Shown here: piece by piece, positions 38,136-46,799 of the stretch
How positions within the stretch are numbered: position 1 is the first letter of the stretch
Layout of the letters: every line of letters begins with the position of its first letter
Origin: a virus
Length of the DNA stretch: 64,000 bases
Direction: 5' to 3' (one strand)
IMG/VR virus record: IMGVR_UViG_3300045974_000549
Span: 3,499-67,498 of that record
Program-made: the position numbers and the translations under genes
Notes under the pieces: model-generated
The model's input: only the letters and a program-made list of their open reading frames with translations
The model's database searches: none
What the model was told of the DNA's origin: nothing

Positions 38136-39281
38136 TTATGGACTTTCATCCATTATTAACTTGTTGAAATGATCTATGATAAATTTTTTGTCATAAACCA
38201 TTTTGCCGTGATTGCCCGATTGAATGTTCTTATAGTCGTCCTTGCCTTCAACTTTGGCCGAATTTAAATTACGGCTTGACCAAGCTTCCGGTGGGATTTC
38301 TTCAGAAACAAAACTTAAATTTGTTATAATATCGGTCATTTTGTCAGTTAGATACAAGGACAAATTCCATGTCTCGGACCAACTAAGTCTCTCATTTGAT
38401 GAATGTGCGATATCACGTTCAAGCCACGTAAGTATTGATTCGGTATCATTAAAAGAATTGAACCTTACCTTACGAGCAAGACCCGAAATTTGTTCAAGTG
38501 TAATTGGGTTCATTTTGTGGGGCATACTACTTGAACCACGTTGTTTGTCACTGAACTGTTCATTATATTGTCCAAGGAAAGCATACAAACGAAGATCATT
38601 AGCTATTTTCTCATAAGTGGTGACCAAAATAGAAATTTCGTTGGTTATTCTGGAAAATACATCTCTAGAGATGATTTGAGTGGTGATTGTGTTGTTTGGT
38701 CTAAATGTCCATTTGCGTTCATCTTCTGGAGTCCAAAATGAATAAGACCCAGTAGGACCCGAAAGTTTTGGACAAAGCTGCATAGTCAACCAGTCCAAGT
38801 GTTCAAGTGATCTTCTAATGTTAGTATAATATCCCATTAAACGCCAACCCCAAGTGATAGGTTCGGCTATTTTTCCATGAGTACGACCATTAACTATACA
38901 ATCTTTATGTTTTTTTGAAGAATCGTTGATTACATCAAGTAGCGTTCTACCATGCTTACTCAAAAGTTTATGAGATTCTTTAAATATTTCTACCAGCGCA
39001 GAATCCACAACATCAGATGAAGTTACACCAAGGTGCACTTTGTTACAACCAGATTTTACTCGAAGAAGTTCGGTCAACGATGCTATATCATGCTTAAATT
39101 CTTTTTCAAGTTTTAGGTGTTCTTCTCTGTTATACATAGAAGATTGTACATTTTTGAGTTCATTGTCACTAATATATCCTTTGTGATGAGCAAGTCTCAT
39201 CAAATTTTTGGATACTTCCCAACACTTAATATATCTATAAGCATCAGTCCATAAATCGGACATTTCAGTTTGGTATCTCAA
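38136..39281 (-). CDS. purB: Adenylosuccinate lyase (shortened C-terminus)
   Basis: 'KHDI', 'VHLGVTSSDVVD', 'GRTHG..AEP', 'GSSSMPHKMNP..LE', 'ERDIAHSS.ER'. Confidence 0.93.
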   Translation of the reverse strand: MRYQTEMSDLWTDAYRYIKCWEVSKNLMRLAHHKGYISDNELKNVQSSMYNREEHLKLEKEFKHDIASLTELLRVKSGCNKVHLGVTSSDVVDSALVEIFKESHKLLSKHGRTLLDVINDSSKKHKDCIVNGRTHGKIAEPITWGWRLMGYYTNIRRSLEHLDWLTMQLCPKLSGPTGSYSFWTPEDERKWTFRPNNTITTQIISRDVFSRITNEISILVTTYEKIANDLRLYAFLGQYNEQFSDKQRGSSSMPHKMNPITLEQISGLARKVRFNSFNDTESILTWLERDIAHSSNERLSWSETWNLSLYLTDKMTDIITNLSFVSEEIPPEAWSSRNLNSAKVEGKDDYKNIQSGNHGKMVYDKKFIIDHFNKLIMDESP

Positions 39282-39529
39282 GCTTCACCAAGATCTTCAA
39301 ACTGATCTTCTATAGATAAAGGTAATCCAAACCACACATCATGTCTATTTTGTACCATCCAACCAACTTGAACAAGAGCACCATGAGCAATTTTTCTCTT
39401 ACCTATCATAGCCTTAACTTCAGGACCCAACTCATGATAAAATTTTTCATCAAATTTAATATTAAGTGGTTCCCATTGTGGATGAACTAAAGCCAATTCC
39501 CCATTGGTTTTATTTACCCACACATTCAT
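39278..39529 (-). CDS. Hypothetical protein
   Basis: 83-aa ORF overlapping the purB start. Confidence 0.55.
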   Translation of the reverse strand: MNVWVNKTNGELALVHPQWEPLNIKFDEKFYHELGPEVKAMIGKRKIAHGALVQVGWMVQNRHDVWFGLPLSIEDQFEDLGEA

Positions 39530-39687
39530 TTTACATTTTCCTTAACTGCAGACTCTTTGGCTAGCTGTAATTTTTTAAATTCTTTAGACCCTGGAATAGC
39601 TTTAGCAAGTTTTTTATCAAGAGACAAACCACTATATTTTTCTTGTCTCTCTTGGGCTTCCTTCTTTTTTTGATCTTTAGTTTTCAA
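39526..39687 (-). CDS. Small basic protein (53 aa, TTG start)
   Basis: TAAGGAG RBS; fills the gap and overlaps both neighbours. Confidence 0.5.
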   Translation of the reverse strand: MKTKDQKKKEAQERQEKYSGLSLDKKLAKAIPGSKEFKKLQLAKESAVKENVK

Positions 39688-41323
39688 CTTTAGTCTCCTT
39701 ATTATGTCCTTTTACCATTTTTAAAAAATCACTTTCAGATACTAACGCACAATGGGCATCACTAAATAATTTCCTTCTTACCTTCGAGTGGTTGGCTAAG
39801 TATACATGAGTGTTATCCATGAAGTCAAGTACGTACACACAATTCTCTCCGGAAGATTTCTTCCTAAGTCCTCGTCCAAGCCGCTGTAGGTTTTTGATGC
39901 GGGATTTCCCACCAGCACATAATATTAGGGCACCAACAGAGGGGAAATCCATACCCTCATCCATCACACTTGACCCAAAAACTACTTGCCATTTTCCGGA
40001 CATCACTTCTTCACGGAATTTTTTGAAGTTAATTTTAAATTCTACCCTTTTACCCTCTTTGTCATAATAAACCCCAACCTTTCCACCAAAAATAGAAACT
40101 TGGGTAAGGTCGGATATCCTCTTCATAAGACTCTCAGCATGTTCAAGCCGTTGTACTAATACTAGAGTTTGAAGACCACTACCAACAAAAGTCCTTATAT
40201 AATTTTCTGCGCATTGATTTCGCTCTTTGTTGTTTACTATATACTTATCATAAATAGTATTAAATCGTTGATTGCTCTTAATTGGAATATTACCAATATT
40301 TTTGTAAAGAACTTTGGCTTGGGCAACAAGACCCACTTTTTGCAAATGATCATATCCAATAGAATAAATAGGACCACCAGTAATACCATAAATGAGCGCA
40401 TCACCATAATCGTGAAGAGGATCGGTAAATAAAAATGGTGATCCAGAAAACCCGAGTAAATATTTTACATTACTAATATTGCTGAAAATAAAATCAAACC
40501 ATGTGTCTGCTCTTAAATGTTGACTTTCATCAATTAGTATAATATCTACTTCTTTCATGAAGTCTATTAACTCGGACTTTTTATTTTCTACTGCATATCC
40601 AATAGAACCCATAGTAGCAGAAAGAACTCTAGACGAATAGTCTTTGTTATCAGCATTAAGAATTCCGATTTCCTTTTTAGTAAAATTGTATTTGTATCCC
40701 CTGTTGGCAAACTGCTCAGACAAACCAACAGTTGGTGTTAAAATCAAACCCTTCCTAATTAAATTGTTGTCCATCGCGTACCTAAGGATAGACAACATAA
40801 TTTCGGTTTTACCACCAGAAGTAGGAATTACACAAAGGCCATGACGGAGAGTTAGTGCTTTATATACTGCTGATTGTTGGAAATCATAAAGTTCAATTCC
40901 AGGTAATATTTTCTTGTCCGGCATAGTTCTTACAATGTCTCGTTTAGGTGAAACCAAACACTCAAACTCAATACCAGTTTTTTCTTGTAGGATTTTAAGT
41001 AACCCGTAGTAAAAGTGCATACCATCTTGATCATAAGACAGTAATGTTTCTGAAGTCATGCGTTCAAGGCCAAAAATCAGATAGTCATGTTCCGATTGGT
41101 CATCAAAACGTACTCTAACTTCTTTATCCTCAATATATGTTACTTCACCAATTGAATAAGTCTTTGGTTTGGTACCTGGTTTGATTCTAACCAAATCACC
41201 AACTACTAAGTCTTTAAGAGAACCTTCCCTTTTATACCAAGTAAGAACTTTTTTAAGTGCTCTTATTTCAGCAGGTGAATGTTCTTCTATATAATACTTA
41301 AAATTGGTGTATGATATCTTCAC
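39677..41323 (-). CDS. SF2 helicase, UvsW-like
   Basis: 'LYDFQ', 'PTSGGKT', 'IDESQH', 'FSGSP', 'EGMDFP', 'QRLGRGLR'. Confidence 0.92.
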   Translation of the reverse strand: MKISYTNFKYYIEEHSPAEIRALKKVLTWYKREGSLKDLVVGDLVRIKPGTKPKTYSIGEVTYIEDKEVRVRFDDQSEHDYLIFGLERMTSETLLSYDQDGMHFYYGLLKILQEKTGIEFECLVSPKRDIVRTMPDKKILPGIELYDFQQSAVYKALTLRHGLCVIPTSGGKTEIMLSILRYAMDNNLIRKGLILTPTVGLSEQFANRGYKYNFTKKEIGILNADNKDYSSRVLSATMGSIGYAVENKKSELIDFMKEVDIILIDESQHLRADTWFDFIFSNISNVKYLLGFSGSPFLFTDPLHDYGDALIYGITGGPIYSIGYDHLQKVGLVAQAKVLYKNIGNIPIKSNQRFNTIYDKYIVNNKERNQCAENYIRTFVGSGLQTLVLVQRLEHAESLMKRISDLTQVSIFGGKVGVYYDKEGKRVEFKINFKKFREEVMSGKWQVVFGSSVMDEGMDFPSVGALILCAGGKSRIKNLQRLGRGLRKKSSGENCVYVLDFMDNTHVYLANHSKVRRKLFSDAHCALVSESDFLKMVKGHNKETKVEN

Positions 41324-41544
41324 TCAATAACCCACACAGCTTTTATAGAACAAGGCTCAAAAGTTCCGTCTTTGGCTCTATAATAAGCTTGTCCACCAGG
41401 TTTACCATCAACACCAAGTGCCTGTACATAACATTGGCATCCCCAAGTTTTTACTTCATCCACCACAGCTAAACACCCAGCAAACATTTTATTCTCAGTT
41501 TTTTCCGGATCTAACTGTATAATGTCACCTTTTTCTAATCCCAC
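41320..41544 (-). CDS. Hypothetical phage protein (start revised to GTG at 41544)
   Basis: AGGAG 5 nt before an in-frame GTG; the longer ORF-track start would overlap the tmRNA 3' end. Confidence 0.6.
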   Translation of the reverse strand: MGLEKGDIIQLDPEKTENKMFAGCLAVVDEVKTWGCQCYVQALGVDGKPGGQAYYRAKDGTFEPCSIKAVWVIE

Positions 41545-41558
41545 ATAATCTCCTAAAA

Positions 41559-41966
41559 TGGTGGAGGTAGCGGGGTACCGCCCCCCGCGTCCACAAGTCA
41601 CTATGTTATTCATCTACAAGCTTGTTCGCTTTTTACTTCCCGACCGGAAGGGGGGTGACTGGCTTTCGCTAATCACGCCTATCCACCATTCCCATTATTT
41701 TTCAACTACGTTGGGACTTCGCAGGATTTGTGGCGCATTTTTAACCAGTACACTTCCACCAAAACTGGTTTTGCCTATCTTATTTTATAGAGTTCAAGGC
41801 GACTCCACCTGTGAAACTAAGTTCTCAGGACGCTTTTGCAGCAATTAAGCAGCTTGGCGTTGTTCGAATTGAGTGTCGATTACACTTTGCATCTTGATAA
41901 ACCAGCCGGATGCTCTGGTACTTGCAGAACAACTTCGTCAACCCATGTCGAATCTAAATTACCCCC
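41559..41966 (-). ncRNA. ssrA: tmRNA (one-piece), tag (A)DTQFEQRQAA
   Basis: 5' GGGGGTAATTTAGATTCGAC; 3' GAC-GCGGGG-GGCGGTA-CCCCGC-TACCTCC-ACCA; 7-bp acceptor stem with a G3:U pair; tag frame 41877..41845 ending Ala-Ala-TAA. Confidence 0.92.
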
Positions 41967-41971
41967 ATAAA

Positions 41972-42478
41972 TTAAAACCAAAAATCTTTAAACTTATTAT
42001 ATTTACCATTAGGGCTAACCCTAATATTTGAATAACCTAAAATTTCTTTAATTGGTAACATATACCAGTTATCATCAGTTTTATTATGACAAGCCAAAAA
42101 GTCAAATCCACCAACTCTACCCTTAGAAAATTTAAAATTTCCTTCTTTCGAAGATTTGACTTGCACACGATGCAAACTTTCCCCAGTATCCACAATAACA
42201 TCATACTGACAACTATCGCCGTACGGTAAAGCTATATGATAACCTTTTGCGGAACATTTAGCAGCAAACAACAATTCAGATGGTATGCCGTTACGTCTGG
42301 CATCTGTACCTAAATTTGGTTGAGATTTAGCTCTATTAGTTATTCTATTGGTTACAGCTTCAGTGTGGGCTTCGGAACATTTTGGACATAAAGTACGTTT
42401 GTATAAATACTTATATGTACCATCATTTCTTTTGATTTTAGCTGGCCATGAATTACCACAATTACGACAAATTTTCAT
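41972..42478 (-). CDS. PD-(D/E)XK endonuclease, I-Ssp6803I-like homing endonuclease family, with N-terminal Zn finger
   Basis: 'G..SE..F......GY.IALPYGD..QYDVIVD....LHRVQVKS'; CRNC/CPKC. Confidence 0.75.
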   Translation of the reverse strand: MKICRNCGNSWPAKIKRNDGTYKYLYKRTLCPKCSEAHTEAVTNRITNRAKSQPNLGTDARRNGIPSELLFAAKCSAKGYHIALPYGDSCQYDVIVDTGESLHRVQVKSSKEGNFKFSKGRVGGFDFLACHNKTDDNWYMLPIKEILGYSNIRVSPNGKYNKFKDFWF

Positions 42479-42912
42479 TAAAAATTACCTTCAGCACAAT
42501 GCAAACACACTAATCCTTGTTCTCTCCACATATCAACTACTTGTTTTCTATCATCTATACAAAATTCCACATCATACAATGGTTTGATTTTATTAAGGTA
42601 AATTTCTTTTTTAATGATAAAATCAGTCCTAAAATCACCAGATTTTCTCATATAAAGTTCATTGAAATAAATACCATTATCTTGTAACCATTTAACAGTT
42701 GTTTCTTTATGATCATCAGGTCTTCCTGATACCAAAAGTATACAGTGATGTGAAACAAACCTTTGTATTATGTTTTTGCACCATTCATTTGGTTTATCTT
42801 CTGACATTTTACCATAAAAAGATTTCCAGTCCTTTTTCTCCCCAGTCATAAAATGTTGTCTATGACTGGAGTCAGATAAAGTACCGTCAATGTCTACTAT
42901 TATAGCCTTCAC
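42478..42912 (-). CDS. HAD phosphatase (PseT 3'-phosphatase-like)
   Basis: 'VDIDGTL', 'SGRP', 'LYMR...DFR.D..IK', 'IDDR.QVVDMWR'. Confidence 0.88.
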   Translation of the reverse strand: MKAIIVDIDGTLSDSSHRQHFMTGEKKDWKSFYGKMSEDKPNEWCKNIIQRFVSHHCILLVSGRPDDHKETTVKWLQDNGIYFNELYMRKSGDFRTDFIIKKEIYLNKIKPLYDVEFCIDDRKQVVDMWREQGLVCLHCAEGNF

Positions 42913-43088
42913 TTTAACGCATCCTTTAAGTTTTGTATGGCGGTAAGCAAACTCATGATAGTTTCGGTCAAGTGTTTTCTAACAGAGTAATGACTAGTAA
43001 CTCTCATTATACTTTCGATAACACTATAAGAAGAGTTAAGTTCATTCAGTTGTTTTCTGTACTCTTCCTTCTCCTCTTCAGTTAACAT
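42909..43088 (-). CDS. Small helical protein (59 aa)
   Basis: MLTEEEKEEYRKQLNEL...; overlaps both neighbours. Confidence 0.5.
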   Translation of the reverse strand: MLTEEEKEEYRKQLNELNSSYSVIESIMRVTSHYSVRKHLTETIMSLLTAIQNLKDALK

Positions 43089-44466
43089 GATTTTCCTTTA
43101 CCGCTAGAGGCTTTTTTCCAGACACTACCTTAGCTGGGATAACTGGTTTTTTATCCTCTTTAGTTTCTTCTTTTTCCACAGCAATTTCCATATCAGCGTC
43201 TTTGATAGCTGTTTTGTACATCATATTAGCCGCTTCACGTTCGTCTTGAGCAAGTTTGGTTAGATGTTGTCCATAAAACTTCTCTTCATAAGTCCAAATC
43301 TTCTCAATGTTTTTGATTTTGACAAGTGGTGAATCTGCTATGAAAGTCTTATATGTTAAATAATCCAACCAGTCAACCATATGTGGATGTTTTTCACACA
43401 GGTTTTTGAAACTGGCAGAAGTATTAAACTTTAACTCCATCATATCTAATTTTTCCATCGGTTTAGTAGCATAACTCGATGGAATAGATATTGTGGTCCA
43501 TCCACCTGCTGCTGGTGGTACTAACTTACTTCGTTTTAAAAATAACAACCTAGTTTCCAATGTGTCAAGACCAGAATTTAAGTCCACATACATTTGAACT
43601 TGATATTTGGTGTATCCAGTGATTTTGTTTTTGGCAAAAGAAATTACTGGTTTAGTAGCCTGTAGCACCGCACGACCGCTTTTGTCAATTGGAGCATAAT
43701 CATCAGCAGAATTTCGGTCAATACGAGCACGAACAGATGCATGGTGACGAAGAGCATGCCCACCAGAAGAATCTGTGGTGAACATAAACTTACCTTGAGA
43801 CTTAATCGAAATTTGGTTGACTAATACCAATGTAGAATGGGTTTCACCAAGAGGATGAGTAATGTCTCTGAACATCGCCTTAAGTAGTCTTGGTTTTTCC
43901 ATAAGACCACCACGATTGGCTTTTGATTTATCATCGTCATCGTCTGCATCTTCTACCGCTGATCCTTCTTTTTCTTTAAGTGTGGAAACTGCAGCAATAG
44001 TATCCCAAACAAAGAGCAAATGCATTTTTTTCTTCAAAGCACGTTCAAGCATGGCTTTAATGGTATCTCTACCTTCTTCAAAAATATCAGTCTTTTTGAA
44101 AATGAACTTTGTGGTAATTGGGCATCCCATAAAAGTAGCCCGAACATCGTCAAAAGCAGATTCAGACTCAATCCAAACCACCCGATATAATTCACCTGAT
44201 TTTTCCCAATAGTCACAAAAGATCTTAGAAATATCCAAAGCCCATGTAGACTTACCATGAGATTCTGGTCCGAATACTTCATATATCTTACCAGACACAA
44301 TCCCACCACCAAGAGGTATATCAAGAGGCGGACAATTAAATGGATAAACCACTCTATCATCACTATCTTCATCTGAAGACCCAAAAATGAGTCCATCCAT
44401 ATCACCAAAAAGTTCTTTATTAAGCTTTTTATCTTCTTCTACTTTAGATTTGAAATTCTTTGACAT
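43078..44466 (-). CDS. RecA/UvsX-like recombinase
   Basis: 'LDIPLGGGI..GKIYEVFGPESHGKST', 'VWDTIA', 'VNQI', 'SGGHALRHHASVR', 'KNK'. Confidence 0.92.
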   Translation of the reverse strand: MSKNFKSKVEEDKKLNKELFGDMDGLIFGSSDEDSDDRVVYPFNCPPLDIPLGGGIVSGKIYEVFGPESHGKSTWALDISKIFCDYWEKSGELYRVVWIESESAFDDVRATFMGCPITTKFIFKKTDIFEEGRDTIKAMLERALKKKMHLLFVWDTIAAVSTLKEKEGSAVEDADDDDDKSKANRGGLMEKPRLLKAMFRDITHPLGETHSTLVLVNQISIKSQGKFMFTTDSSGGHALRHHASVRARIDRNSADDYAPIDKSGRAVLQATKPVISFAKNKITGYTKYQVQMYVDLNSGLDTLETRLLFLKRSKLVPPAAGGWTTISIPSSYATKPMEKLDMMELKFNTSASFKNLCEKHPHMVDWLDYLTYKTFIADSPLVKIKNIEKIWTYEEKFYGQHLTKLAQDEREAANMMYKTAIKDADMEIAVEKEETKEDKKPVIPAKVVSGKKPLAVKENHVN

Positions 44467-44791
44467 GTAATTCTCCTGGTGTGGGTTCAGTTAATCTTCT
44501 AACAAAAATGTTTGCAGCGTCTTTTACAGATGCTCCTTCTTTATAACAAGCAAGCATAACTTTTAATTCTCTTAAAATGAATTCCAATTCGTATTCATTA
44601 ACATGCAAAATACCCTGGTTTTGACCTTCTAGTGTATTGACACGTGCGAGTTTGGTGTTTCCATCAACTACTATAACCGTATCGTTGGTAATAAAATTAG
44701 TGAAACATTCACTAAAATTAGGATATGCATTAACCACTGTCTCTATAGAAACGGTAGGCATAATAGCAATAAACTTCGGAAGAGTGTTCAT
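44444..44791 (-). CDS. Hypothetical protein
   Basis: 115 aa, coupled to both neighbours. Confidence 0.55.
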   Translation of the reverse strand: MNTLPKFIAIMPTVSIETVVNAYPNFSECFTNFITNDTVIVVDGNTKLARVNTLEGQNQGILHVNEYELEFILRELKVMLACYKEGASVKDAANIFVRRLTEPTPGELHVKEFQI

Positions 44792-45246
44792 TTTTTCCCT
44801 GTACTCCCAAAACCGTTAGAACCTCGGTCAGAGGGTGGTAATTCAGAAACTTCTTCACATTGGTGACGGACAATAGGACAAAGTACAATTTGCGCAATAC
44901 GGTCACCATGGTCAATGTTTATTGGGTATGAATTTTCATTTACAACCTGTGTGAAAATAGGTCCTCTATATCCATTGTCAATAGTTCCTTCAATTACGCG
45001 AAGTCGTAACCTTTTTTCAGTTGAAGACCTATGAACAATTCTAGCCCAGACATTTTCTGGAAGAGCCAGAGCAATACCAGATGCCACTAATTTTCTCTCA
45101 CCTGGGTATATAACAAGCCCATGTTTTCTCTCTTCTTCAGGTACAATAACATGAAGATCCATACCTGCATCACCGTTATGTCTATAAAATGGTAATCCAA
45201 ATTTTTTAGCATCTTCATCTAAATATTTAACTTTTACATTTATCAT
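44788..45246 (-). CDS. dut: Trimeric dUTPase
   Basis: 'DAGMDL', 'RSS', 'GTIDNGYRG', 'GDRIAQ', 'RGSNGFGSTG'. Confidence 0.95.
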   Translation of the reverse strand: MINVKVKYLDEDAKKFGLPFYRHNGDAGMDLHVIVPEEERKHGLVIYPGERKLVASGIALALPENVWARIVHRSSTEKRLRLRVIEGTIDNGYRGPIFTQVVNENSYPINIDHGDRIAQIVLCPIVRHQCEEVSELPPSDRGSNGFGSTGKK

Positions 45247-45475
45247 ATCTAACTACCCCAATTCTGCCATCGGCAGCTACTAAAAATTCTATAACAGAAT
45301 GAACGGGGTTCCCGAATGTAATATGTATAGTAAATTTGTCTATACTAAAAACACCGGAAACCCCATTCTCATTAAACAAATCCAAGAGGTTATTTATGGT
45401 GGTAAACTCCCTCTTGAACTCGTCTAATTTATATTTACCCTTTTGAACTACTTTCACACTGGTACTCCCACTCAC
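45227..45475 (-). CDS. Hypothetical protein
   Basis: Fills the gap between SSB and dut. Confidence 0.45.
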   Translation of the reverse strand: MSGSTSVKVVQKGKYKLDEFKREFTTINNLLDLFNENGVSGVFSIDKFTIHITFGNPVHSVIEFLVAADGRIGVVRYDKCKS

Positions 45476-46478
45476 AAACTACGCATTTATCAGATTCTGC
45501 GTTGTGTTCACCAGCAACACCAAAACACTCAGGAGATCCTGCAGGTTTTGCATTAGATTTAGGTGAAGCGGCAGCTGCAGGTTTAGTTGTAGCTGCGGTA
45601 GTTTTTGGAGCTGAAACCTGAGTTTGAGGTTTAGCTCCTTGCGGCTTTCCCAAATTAGCACCTGTAGTCTTTGCTGCTTGTTGTTTTTGAACAGCGGCTG
45701 GTGCGGGTTTAGTTTTTTCCATTTTTGGTGGGGCATCGATTTCATCATGATCGTCAACACCACCATTTGGTGTAGCTGTTGACATAATTAGGTTTTCGAT
45801 AATCTCATCTAATTCTTTGGCAGACTTCATAAGCAAGTTGATATCGTCGTCTGTTGGTGCTTTGTACACTTCATCTAAGTTAGTAATACCAGCAAGAACT
45901 GAATCCACTTGATTTTCATCTCCAATTGGTGATGGGGAGAATGCGGTTCTCATTTCAAATTTTCCATTGAATTTTTCCCGCTTGGCTACTACATCTCGTC
46001 CTTCATAAGGATCAGTAAGTGCATGTTTAGCATCTTCATCAGAAGTAAACAAATCAACGAACCAATCTACTTGACCTTTTGATAAACCAGCTACTTTTGC
46101 TTCAAGAGCGTTAATACCACTTTGAGTAGGGTCCTTTTTTACTAGAATGTTTGCATTTCCAGTAAGACGAGCTGCATAATCATCAGTTTTTTCAGTTTTA
46201 CCTTCATATTTAGATAAAACTTCGCATACTGGACATTCCAAATCAAAAGTAGTAGGACACATAGCGGATTTTTTATCTCCAAGTCCTGGGATACCATAAT
46301 GTCTCTTCATTACTTTGATCGGGAAATCAGCACCTTGCCAAGCCGGAAGAAGTCTAAATTTTACTTCTTCTGTCCCTTTAGGGAATTTATACCATTTGAT
46401 GTTACCACCGGACTCTTTTTGTCCTGCAGATTTGCGGTTGAGCATATTCTTGATTTGCTCTAGTGATGTACTGGACAT
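45435..46478 (-). CDS. ssDNA-binding protein (gp32-like) with low-complexity linker and C-terminal Cys cluster
   Basis: 'KFRLLPAW...H...CP....ECPVCE', 'TDPYEGRD', 'NLDEVY'; K/A/P/T linker; 'CFG..H...CVVC....C'. Confidence 0.75.
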   Translation of the reverse strand: MSSTSLEQIKNMLNRKSAGQKESGGNIKWYKFPKGTEEVKFRLLPAWQGADFPIKVMKRHYGIPGLGDKKSAMCPTTFDLECPVCEVLSKYEGKTEKTDDYAARLTGNANILVKKDPTQSGINALEAKVAGLSKGQVDWFVDLFTSDEDAKHALTDPYEGRDVVAKREKFNGKFEMRTAFSPSPIGDENQVDSVLAGITNLDEVYKAPTDDDINLLMKSAKELDEIIENLIMSTATPNGGVDDHDEIDAPPKMEKTKPAPAAVQKQQAAKTTGANLGKPQGAKPQTQVSAPKTTAATTKPAAAASPKSNAKPAGSPECFGVAGEHNAESDKCVVCEWEYQCESSSKG

Positions 46479-46547
46479 ACGTTTCTCCTTTTGCCACTTT
46501 AGGGCTGTTTTTATTTGGTGTCCTACCTTTTACAACGAAAGTATAGG

Positions 46548-46799
46548 TTAATTAGATAATCCATCTTCTTTTTTGATTTCAATACAATAAGTACCAGCTT
46601 CATTAGGTTCAAAGTAAATTATACCACCTACCACTGTCATTGTAATCGGGGTTTCCATGTCACCTTCAGCGTTAGCTTGAGACACTGCATAGCGTTGACC
46701 ATTGCAAACAGGTCGGTGTCCACGTTTTAATAGAATAATCACAGCGGTAGAAATTACCGCCATCAAAAAAACAACATATTTAATATCACTTTTTTCCAC
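46548..46799 (-). CDS. Small membrane-anchored protein
   Basis: N-terminal TM segment. Confidence 0.5.
   Translation of the reverse strand: MEKSDIKYVVFLMAVISTAVIILLKRGHRPVCNGQRYAVSQANAEGDMETPITMTVVGGIIYFEPNEAGTYCIEIKKEDGLSN

Noticed and set aside
41559-41600. Stand-alone tRNA or attP fragment
   Set aside because: It pairs with the 5' end at 41966 to form the tmRNA acceptor stem; there is no anticodon arm and no integrase in the window.
41545-41848. ORF-track entry 41558..41848(+) and the 5' extension of 41320..41613(-)
   Set aside because: Both overlap the tmRNA, which explains the sequence better.
22494-44466. Inteins or group I introns in RNR, polymerase, helicases or RecA
   Set aside because: All ORFs are continuous and near expected size, with no C/S...HN splice motifs or LAGLIDADG blocks seen.
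32644-45246. Uracil- or hmU-substituted DNA suggested by the SPO1-like polymerase
   Set aside because: Intact ThyX and dUTPase point to ordinary thymine, and no dUMP hydroxymethylase is seen.
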